DNA of 64,000 nt from Octopus vulgaris. Taxonomy: Eukaryota. The translations under genes and the position numbers were made by a program. Below are positions 54,111 to 64,000 of the stretch, in pieces. Position 1 is the stretch's first letter. The number at the start of each line of letters is the position of its first letter. The notes below the pieces were generated by a model. It saw only the letters and a list, made by a program, of their open reading frames with translations, did no database searches and was not told where the DNA came from. Where the stretch lies: contig OX597814.1 in NCBI GenBank assembly GCA_951406725.2, positions 42,160,001 through 42,224,000 on the forward strand. Direction: 5' to 3'.

Positions 54111-55851
54111 GCAAGGTCATACATATTGATATCTTAATTCATGTGAAGATGGTTTCCCATTTCAAGGATATGGTAATATTTTGAATGAGCATGCTGCTTA
54201 TACAAGTGATTTTCGACTTACTACCACTTAATACCTTACAGATATTATGAAAGGAAAGGTGCTGTTGGACATCTTTGCAGTTTTACGGAATTTACGTTGA
54301 GTGATAGACATTCATGTAGATTATGCGTGTTGCATTGGATTCCAAATAATCTGGTTTATTGCAATATCATGTTCGAAGGGCCATTTAAGTATGCTGATGG
54401 TATGTCTTTTAAGTAAGATATTAATATTATTTTCCCAAGGAAAAGTGCTTAAAACGTCATTTTATCGTGATATATGTTATGATAGAATGAGCGTTTTTGT
54501 TTGGAAATCAAACTGAAAATATGACACTGCGTGTTTCACCTGCTCCCCGACGTAACCAAGAGAGCTCAGAAGAAGGAAATATATAATTATGTTCTTATGA
54601 CACTTGTGTGAAATGCAATTGAGTGAAAGGAAACAGTCAATAATGTTAATGGTAAAGCGGAATAATATTGTTTATTCTAAGATAACTCTGCGTAAAACGT
54701 TATTGGCATTTTGTTTTCTCCATTACTGGGCAAATGATTATAGGATACACGAGATTTTCTTAAACACACAAAACACACACAAACACACACATCAATATAT
54801 CGGAATTTGTTCGAGTTACGTTGCAAATAACGAAGCTTGCGTGGAAGCTTTTGGGGGTGAGACACACACACAACGCGCATATATTAGCAAAAATGGCCCT
54901 CATATCATAAAATATGACCATATGTACAGTGTCAATGTATCATACAAGATCAAACGCCCTTTCAAAAAGGATCAACATAGATCTTTATATTCTCCCACAA
55001 AAAATATAGAATCCTGAATTCTACATACAAAATATAAACAGCCATTCGGTTAAGTAATCAGGCAAGAAAGTGTATGAATAATTTTAATTATATTTCTATT
55101 GCCAAGCGCAAAAATATTCCTTGCTGAAAATTATATATACTACAAACATTTTCTTTTACTCGTGTTGCGTAGATATCATTATAAGTATTTATTCACTTTT
55201 CTATGTAAAATAATTTTATCCCAAGATTGTGTTGCATGGGTATCACTTTATATATTACACACGCACAAACACACGTACACACACTACACACACGCATACA
55301 CTCACATACACACACAACACGTGTGTGTACGCGCGTGCGTCTGTATATTTATTTTTCTTAAAAGGAATAACATTCAGTGATTTCGGAGTTTTGGCAACCA
55401 CCTACACACAAGCATGCACACAACAACACAAACACACACACGCAAATACTCACACGTACAAACACACGCACACAAACACACACACACAAACACACACACG
55501 CAAACACTCACACATACAGACACACACACACACAAACACACACACATAAATATATATTCCATAAGGCATAGTTGTCTTATCAGAAACAGTAACTTTTGAC
55601 AAGCTGGCCTTTCAGTTTGACCCGGACATGTGCAGTTTGTAAGAAGAAAAATGTTCGCCTGCATATCTGAATGCGAGAAATGTCGACTTAGAAATTCTTG
55701 CGTCAGTCACAAGAACTAAGTCTCAAAATGCTGTAGTTTAACCCTGTCTCCACAGCGTAGCAGAGAGAGATATTGCAATAATCCTCTTTGAACAGGAGGC
55801 GTACCATTGTAGGTTAAAATTTCCTTACTATTGCCGTAAATTCTTTACCTT

Positions 55852-55982
55852 ATGGTGGACTGGAGCAACGTGAGATAAAGATTCTTTTTATTCAAGAACG
55901 CAACATATCATCCGATCATGGAATAGAAACAACAATGCCACGATCGTGAGTGCAACACACCAACCAATGGACCATGCGCCAT
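55852..55982 (-). mobile_element. tRNA-derived SINE family C, 5' part
   Basis: gtggactggagcaacgtgagataaag...tcaagaacgcaac...gaaacaacaat..cacgatcgtgagtgcaacacaccaaccaatggaccatgcgcc; homologous to 16660-16778. Confidence 0.75.
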
Positions 55983-57190
55983 CTAACATATGTTTTAATG
56001 TCATTGTATAATTTTTGAGTGTTTAAATTTATAGTCATTCAGTTGCTAAGATTAGTATCGGATGAATTCAAGTGCTACTATTTCCGTACAAATACACGTA
56101 TCTGTGTGTATTTGTGCAATGTGGAGACTGTTATATAGGAATAATACACTGCGTCAATCTAATTAACTAGCAGCATTTAACTTTGAGACTCTACATGTCA
56201 AGTTGCAATTTTCACACAGCGATATAACAAGATACATACGTGTAGGAAATTGTAATGTATAGTCTAAAAGCTTCCGTTTCAGATTCTTGATTCATTGTGA
56301 TATCCTATTAACATGTTCCAGTCTTATTTATTACAATCTTCCCACAGAAGTTTGTAATAAATTGCTCAAGAACGCGTGACAAAGGTTTACAGCAACACAA
56401 CAGCACAAATATGACACTTTACACATTTAAATATATATTACCTTTCATAAGCGTAAATGCATGCCGTGCACTTATACATAAATTCAGTCTTCAGAACTAT
56501 TTTCATTTTCAGGTTAATAGAGAATATATCAGTTGCATTATAAATTTGTTTTAAAGCCGGAATATAGTTGATTATATGACGTGTTCATTTTACGTACATT
56601 TCGAATAAATTCATAGAAACCACATAAATTTACCTACTGAACAATGGCGAAATAATATTGCATAATCAGTTGCCAGTAATAATTCGTTATCACACTTTCT
56701 CTAGATTAGATGTCTTATTATTTTTATGGGGACTTAGAGAGCAGTGAGTAAATTACATGAATGTTCTTGAAACTAAAACCCGCACAAGAATATCTGTCAC
56801 GTGTTACTGGCATATATACAGTATTTTACAAGAGCATAATACATTCTGCTATGTTTCCAGAAAGAAATGATTCATATATACATAATTACATGTGTTAAAA
56901 AGGTTTATATAAACCACCCCCAAACATATATCTCGTTTCAAAAATCGATATGCTCTATTCAGCTTATATTATATTATGTTACGTTCTAAACAACATTCCT
57001 TTAGAATTTCAAAATTTGCGTGTGGTTTTTCTTACACGAAATATCACACATGAATTTAATCAGTTATATTCAAAATGCCGCTTGGGTGAATATAATAACG
57101 CTTTGTGAATTTCGGTATAGAAGTCTACTCTCTTCCTCTACATATATAATTTCATCTATGTGTGTATGTATGCATGTATATATGTATGTA

Positions 57191-57259
<69 letters not shown>

Positions 57260-57588
57260 TGTATGTATATATATATATATACACACATACGCAGACACAT
57301 ATATACATACGGCCACAGACACACACACACATATATATATATATGTGCACATATTGTTATACATATAGATATTGCGTTTGTTCAAAATAATGACAATCCT
57401 ATTCCATGTGAAATATTTACTAGGAAACAAAATTATTCAAATCACCTGAAATAATTCTCTTTTTGGAGATGTGGAAGGAAATTTTGCAGAGTCATTTTCA
57501 TTCCGATATATAAAATAGTGCATTACCATTTTTCAAGTGAAATTCACATCCGTACATTTAGTTTTGATACAGAATTATACATACATGC

Positions 57589-57644
<56 letters not shown>

Positions 57645-58655
57645 GAGGGTGTATGTATGTACGTGTTTATGTATGTATATTTAGAAATACACACATCCAC
57701 ACACATACATGCATATATATATATACATGGAAACAGTGATGGGGAGAGGGGTAGACACAGAGATATACAGATAAAAAGACAGGCAGTCACAGAGACATAT
57801 AGATAGCTAGATACTTTTGTCTCCTACATACACACACATACATCCATGCGTAAGTATGTATGAGTATGCGCACCTATCCTTAAATTGCAAGCTTAACGTA
57901 ATTTTGGAAGATTTAAAAGTGTAAATTGTTATTCTATGTGACTTCTTTTTCTCCAACTTGGCATGTGATTTTAAAAAGATCTGAGATGATAAGCAGTATA
58001 AAAGAAACCATTACTCGCAGTTCAATAATGTGTGAATGCAACAGAAATTGACAGAGAAATATTTGTAATGGAGTACATTTTAGCTTTTGATTCAGTATAG
58101 GAAGTCAAATGATCATCGAGTGCAGGTACGAAGGAAAATAGAAGGAATTTTTGTCTATTACAAATATGACGGACGGAGATGAGCTTATGAGCATGAAGAC
58201 AAAGCTTTATTCAGGAGAAAAAAGGGTCATATTCTGGTAGAAGGCCAGTAATTTTGAGCGTAGCAGTTACTAGTTACCAGTGCAGTACCTGTACTTTAAA
58301 AGTAGGTTGAAGGAATGTACTGTTGGGAATAGCCTGCGCCAGTAGCGAAGAACAAGTAAGCTCGATCAAATTAAAACGAGAGAAAGAAAAGATTTCGGTA
58401 AAAAAAAAATGTAAGTGGCCGTCATAACAAGAAAGGAAGAAGCAAAGAAAGAAAAGGAGAAAGAAAGATAGGAAAAAAAGTGATAAAATGCGATAGCGAG
58501 CGAAACAAAGAATATAAAAGTGAGCAGAAGATATAATTGTCAAAGCGACAAAGGAAATTATCTATCGATAATCAATAATAAAATGGTTTATGCACTAGAT
58601 CATCCTATAGTTGCTGTCATATACGTTTCTTTGTGTGTGTGGGTGCATGTATATA

Positions 58656-58716
<61 letters not shown>

Positions 58717-58777
58717 TTGTATATATATATATTTATTTATTTGTATATATATATATATATATATATTTATTTATTTG

Positions 58778-58809
<32 letters not shown>

Positions 58810-58875
58810 CACACACATACGCACTCACTCATATAAATACATATATTTGTGTGTATGTATGTATGCATGTATATA

Positions 58876-59010
58876 CAGTGTACCCCCGCTTATTCGTGGA
58901 ACTAACGATTGTTCGCGGAAACAACCACATATTGGCGGAATAGTAAATTTCATCCACGATATTTCCTGGCTTTTTTTCGCGGCAATATATATTTTTCACA
59001 CTTTTTAAGG
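58876..59010 (+). mobile_element. Tigger/pogo transposon 5' terminus (TA plus TIR-like end)
   Basis: TA|cagtgtacccccgcttattcgtgg resembles Tigger ends (CAGT...CCC.CTTAT.CG) and lies upstream of the Tigger transposase remnant. No matching 3' TIR found. Confidence 0.6.
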
Positions 59011-59271
59011 CTAAATCATTAATAACAATATACCGTATTTGCCGGCTTACTGGACGCCCCTTCACAGTTGAAGTTCCCTCTGATTAGAATAGCCACGCAT
59101 CATGTCACTTGTTTGTTTTAAATACAAGTGCACTGTATCCTGCATCTCTTATTCTTGCTTTCAATAAAAGGTTGCTAATTAGTATAGCGATATATATCTA
59201 TATTTTACACACTCTCTTTCCCCCTCTTGCTGTATTTGTCGCTCAACAACAATCCCTCATTCGAGAGAAAG

Positions 59272-59327
<56 letters not shown>

Positions 59328-59394
59328 TAGTTGAAGTGAATCCCGTTAAGAACGAATTAGAGCACAAAAATAGAGCTTGTTCGCCCTTTGAAAT

Positions 59395-59457
59395 ACCAGA
59401 TAGCCGGCAATATTATGGTATGCCGCCATTTCTAGTCTTAGGCAATCCTCAGGTGTT
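59395..59457 (-). ncRNA. Type I hammerhead ribozyme-like motif with intact catalytic core
   Basis: Minus: AACAC-CTGAGGA-TTGCC taa GACTA-GAAA-TGGCGGCA-taccataatat-TGCCGGCTA-TC^TGGT. CUGANGA and GAAA intact; stem III of about 9 bp with one G-U and one bulge; AUC triplet. Stems I and II each carry mismatches. Confidence 0.65.
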
Positions 59458-59559
59458 AAAAAATAAAAAAAGGAGAGAATAGAGTCAAACGGAATGTGTA
59501 TCATTTGACAACTGTTTAATGACCACTACACATGGTTCGATACATCATAGATCCACATA

Positions 59560-59660
59560 TATACAGGACGTAGAAAATAAAAGACGAAACAGGTGTATAA
59601 ATACCAAGAATGTGTATTAGTTTGACGCTCGGGAAGGTGAGAAAGATTTTTACATTTACA
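59560..59660 (-). repeat. Partial second copy of the 6863-7000 repeat (stem III and cleavage-site half)
   Basis: gtattagtttgacgctcgggaagg...tttttacattt versus gtgttattggacgctcaggaaagg...tttcacgtttc. Confidence 0.55.
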
Positions 59661-59814
59661 AACGAAAGTGCGCATGCATGTGTGTACGTGAGAGTGTGTA
59701 AATGTGAGTGTGTGAATAGGGAATGTACGTGTATAAGTGAGAGCGTCTGTAATGTTTGGGTAGAAGATACAGAAGGTATCGAATAACCGTAACCAAGACT
59801 ATTGACACGACCGG

Positions 59815-60207
59815 AGCCCGAAGATTTTCAAACAAGCAAGTGATGGTTTGATCGTTTTCAGAAACGGTTTAAAATAAAGTGTGTGTTCCCTGCATGGGGA
59901 GACAGCATTAGCCGACAAACAAAACCGCCGGGAATTACCTCGAGACGTTTAGGCAGATCATAGAGGACGAGGGATAGAAGCTGCAAAAGGTTTTCAATAT
60001 GGATGAAACTGGCTTGTTCTGGAAGAAGATACATTCCAAAACGTATATCATGAAGGACGAATCCATACCCCAGTATTTAAGGCACAGAAGGACAGAGTGA
60101 GTCTAAGTATATGTGGCAATGCTGCTGGCATAATGATGAAACCAGGATATCTCTACAAGTCCGCGAACCCAGTACCATAAAAAAAATAAGAATAAAAATT
60201 TACCACC
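59815..60207 (+). mobile_element. Tigger/pogo (TIGD-like) transposase remnant
   Basis: FQTSK*WFDRFQKRFKIK...LHGETALADK...FRQIIEDEG*KLQKVFNMDETGLFWKK..SKTYIMKDE...FKAQKDRVSLSICGNAAGIMMKPGYLYKSANP...KNKN: CENP-B HTH end and DDE_1 start. Confidence 0.92.
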
Positions 60208-60224
60208 TATGCTCTAATAAATAG

Positions 60225-60790
60225 CTGCTGGCCCTTGAATCCCTATCTCTTTCATCATTTGGCTACTAATGTGGATGGTATGACTGCGACCTTTGGCATA
60301 GTGCAGTGACTTCAAGTTCGGGAGCTCCTATAGTTCTAAATGTTAAAGCTTTGTGCCAGGATCTTCCCTACAGGTAACACAACATACCTCTCCCATCTTC
60401 ACACCAGGGAGTAGAGTCGAAACTCAGTTTTTTTTCCAGTAGCTCAGCTGTTTCACTGACCTGCCTAAAATTCCGCTTAGTTGACACTTCGAGTGACCTC
60501 AGCTGAGAGGCATTTTTCAGATACCTGATAAATAATGACATTCATAAAACCAGCACAGTTTTTGGTCCCTTCTTCTGAAAACTCTCTGAACCAATCAGCC
60601 ATTTGTATGTACATTGCCACCATCCTCGTGATATTCACCTTAAACTAGGCGTTGTTTCCCGTACCAATCCCTAGATCACTCATGGTAATTAACACTGTGG
60701 TTGGCGCAAACTTTGGCCCAAAGTATCTTTCTTGCAGCATATTGGCACAATATGCCCGATAAGCAGAGTGTTAGGAATCTTCCTGATTGT
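60225..60790 (-). mobile_element. Possible decayed RLE-type non-LTR element (HERO/NeSL-like)
   Basis: Ordered remnants MLQERY (~SLxQGRYTWRH), ADW, TPWCEDG (~TVPWEE), MMKEIGIQG (~LLKxLGIxG). Heavily frameshifted. Confidence 0.35.
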
Positions 60791-61629
60791 TTGCAGTATT
60801 ATATATATAATGAGTAATAGATTACTTAGAACCGTATGTTGCTAAATTTTTTTTGTGGACATGAGTCATCTGATCAGAACTGCCTCAGAGAATCACTGCA
60901 CATGCTCAAATAACCAGCAGTATCCATTCACTGAGACAAATATTATATATTGCTATTATTAACGATATCCATTTTTCATGTATCATAAGATATTGATCAC
61001 AGATAACCCCAACATGCTACCGTAGACCGAATTATACAATGCATGTTACTCAAAAAGTTTTTGCCAGTCTCTAATTTCAAGTATTCCATGATTCAACAGA
61101 TACACCTGGCCAGTGTGTCCAAACTATCACATACCAAGAATTAAAGGACATTAATATTCTGCCCGATTTAACATATCGAGAACGTTAGTCCTCTATACGC
61201 TGATATTGTTGATTATACTATCGCTGTTGTGTTACTATATCTACGCTCTCAATGAATCACTTTTAGTAATTATCTCTTTAATAAAGATCATATTTTACAT
61301 TATCCCCTTTTATATACTAATTTACCTGGGGCACAAAATATCACATAACCATGGTTAAAGGATATTATTATACTGCTTAGATTTATGTTTGTATCAATGA
61401 AATTAAAATTTGATCACTATAACAGTATACAATAGCATGTTTCAAGGATGATCCGTTCCGGTTAAGTATCCAGATACATTACAAACATTTAGTACAGTTC
61501 TTCAGAACACCCATGATTTCCGCATAACTGCAATTGTGAAACGTACGTAGGATATATTAACATATATTTGTGTTTTTATTATTTCCCATATATGTAAGCT
61601 TGTTACCGTGTGTATGAGCGCATTTCTGT

Positions 61630-61820
61630 TTTTGTTTATCCTCCTAAACTTTTGACAAACGGTGTCGATTTGTATACGTCCCCGTAAATTGGCATTTCAC
61701 AAACAGATTCTATAGAACGACTACTAAATCTTTAAAAAAATAGTGCAACAGGTTTTCGGATCGATATTTACGAATAAACCTTTAAATCCAGTGACAGAAG
61801 CAATTACAAAATAAAAGAAT
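61630..61820 (+). mobile_element. SINE family A, degenerate 3' half
   Basis: ttgacaaacggtgtcgatttgtatacgtccccgtaaatt...atagaa...ggatcgat...gtgacagaagc...aataaaagaat. Confidence 0.55.
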
Positions 61821-62204
61821 ACATACATATATTATATATATATATATATATGTATATATAAGTGTGTGGGGGTGTAGGGGTGGGAGGTGTGGGTGTGGGA
61901 GGTGTGTGGGTGAGTGCGTGTTTGTGTGCGTGTGTGTGTATATATATACACATCACATAAAATAAGATATTACAACAATATATTTTTATATTAAAATATA
62001 TTAAATGCATTATTATATAGGTGGCTATAGCAACTAAAATCGAAAAGGTAAAATGAGTAAACGAGGGTGCAAAGTAGCCCCTACAATTGCGAGCAATGAG
62101 AGCCAAAATTTAATCCGAACAGCCACACGAAAGCCCTAACCTCATGAAATATTTGGGATAACGACCAGCAAGCTACAACATTTATCATTGGCGAGATACA
62201 CTCA

Positions 62205-62275
62205 TGCAATGAAATAATTCAAGAAAAATATTTTCAAGTGATTTCGAAATCTGATCTTGTTTCTCGTCAGAGGTT
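62205..62275 (-). ncRNA. Candidate hammerhead core (CUGACGA, stem II, GAAA); stems I and III unresolved
   Basis: Minus: CTGACGA-GAAA caagatcaga TTTC-GAAA-TCAC...; 4-bp stem II, but no clean stem I or III. Confidence 0.3.
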
Positions 62276-63342
62276 TCTAGAATTGCTCCAGGTTAAATGA
62301 GATAGCCTGCCTCGTTCATGAGGAAAAGCAAAGATTGAATAGAGAGCGCTAAAATTCAAAACGATTAATGTAAATAGTAAGATACTTTCTATATAGCATT
62401 TATCTGTTTATCATTTGCTGCTACGTGCTTTGTTTGAAAAAAATTGCCAATCACACGAATAAATTAACGTCTTCCTCATACGATGCATTGAGGGCTGAGT
62501 TATAAATGTGTGTATGTGAGAGAGAAAGAGAGAGGGAGAGAGAGAAAGAGAGATAGAGATAGAGAGAGATCGCGCGTGTGTGTGTGTGTGAGTATGTTGA
62601 GATATGATTTTCAATGTGTGCATGGAAGATTCATGTAAGTATAGACTGAAATTATTCATTTAATGCAATCGTAAGTAGCCTATTCAGAACCACTCCGAGA
62701 GGAAATAAAGTTTGACGAATAATTACATTCAATACCTAAATAAAGCTAACATACACATTTCGTATTATTATTGTATATACCTTATCAATATGCAAACTTG
62801 TCAGCTATATAGTTTATCTCGCCGTGTCACGCATTTGATCACTGTATGTAATGTTTCTACGTCAATAGACGGATTTATCTAACAGCTTTATATTTAAGGT
62901 AATGTTTTATTAGAAATCTTATTAGAAATATTTTTTAAGTAACACTGTACATTAGCTTACAAATATACTATACACGTTGGAAATTAAAGCTACATGAAGA
63001 CCTAAAAGAAACATTTAGTATTTCTATAAATGGAGATATATTGGCTCATACAAATTTATTCACATGACGTGAACGTCATATTATTTGTTTATAGATATGT
63101 TTATCCAGTCATCTATTTATAAATGCTACAGATACCAAAAATCCATATACTTAGACACATGTTCATGCGCACAACCAAAACCTAAATAGCCAAATACGAA
63201 AAAAAAGAGATGCTTAAAAACAAGTTCAAAGCCGTATGTATATATCATATATATGTGTGTGTGTGTGTGCGTTTGTATATACGTATGTATTTATATATAT
63301 ATATATATATATTATGTATGTATTTATATACATATATGTATA

Positions 63343-63375
<33 letters not shown>

Positions 63376-63460
63376 CTTATACACACTTTTATATAGGGAC
63401 ATGTATACTTATACGTCATTTCTAGTTACGTGCGTATATATATAATCCATATACGTGTGC

Positions 63461-63499
<39 letters not shown>

Positions 63500-63558
63500 T
63501 GCAAACACATACAAAAACACATACAGAGACACACATGCACACGTGTAAGTATATATAT

Positions 63559-63602
<44 letters not shown>

Positions 63603-64000
63603 ACACATCGAAATTTCATTTGGTATATATATTTACTAAGATAGTCATTTTACGTAATTTAGATATGGTTTAGCCATCTAGGGGATACGTTTCCCTATAA
63701 CATAAAAGTACAGCACACATTAACTTCAAACACCAAATCGCTTCTAGCAGCAGACCAAAGTTGGCATACAGTTATATATTAAAATATTACTTTATTCATC
63801 TTATAAACGTATTAAAATGGTTTGAGCACTGCTGCTTCTGTCTGTTGATTCAACCAACATTTGAACCAATCACAAAAATTCAGTGTATATGGATAAAAGA
63901 ATCCCTAATATTTGTTTGTTAATTAGTGCTATTCACTGAAGACTGTTAGCATTAAGATAATACACAAAGGCTAGCGTGCTGTTAGTTCAATTTCTAATCA

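Noticed and set aside
54604-55017. 137-aa non-ATG ORF
   Set aside because: No recognisable motif, includes CA-repeat-derived residues and has no splice support.
58090-58380. Purine-rich block ending at a GTAAG donor-like site; similar block at 5160-5335
   Set aside because: Stops in all frames; faint resemblance to RTE endonuclease remnants but too weak to call as either exon or element.

Overview
Eukaryotic, AT-rich, microsatellite-dense DNA with no convincing protein-coding gene. The repeat content (tRNA-derived SINEs with internal (CA)n/(TA)n tracts, Nin/Deu-domain SINEs, abundant TA/CA/TAA arrays) suggests a cephalopod, probably Octopus, intergenic or intronic region; this is inference from repeat appearance, not a database result. 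Most supplied ORFs are translations of simple repeats or chance ORFs. The interpretable content is layered transposon debris: three SINE families (about 17 copies or fragments), a complete non-autonomous Helitron, a TIR/TSD-bounded MITE carrying (CCCTAA)n, three mariner remnants, a Tigger/pogo remnant, CR1/L2-like LINE pieces, Penelope-like (PLE) fragments, and a 5'-truncated R4/Dong-clade retroelement inside a (TAA)n array. I found no evidence of a new multi-gene system. The best leads are: type I hammerhead ribozyme-like motifs on the minus strand (clearest at 59395-59457), the (TAA)n-embedded R4/Dong element, a 3'-tail stem-loop shared by the main SINE and the large LINE, and the telomeric-repeat MITE. 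Boundaries of degenerate elements are approximate, and family names come from motifs recognised by eye.
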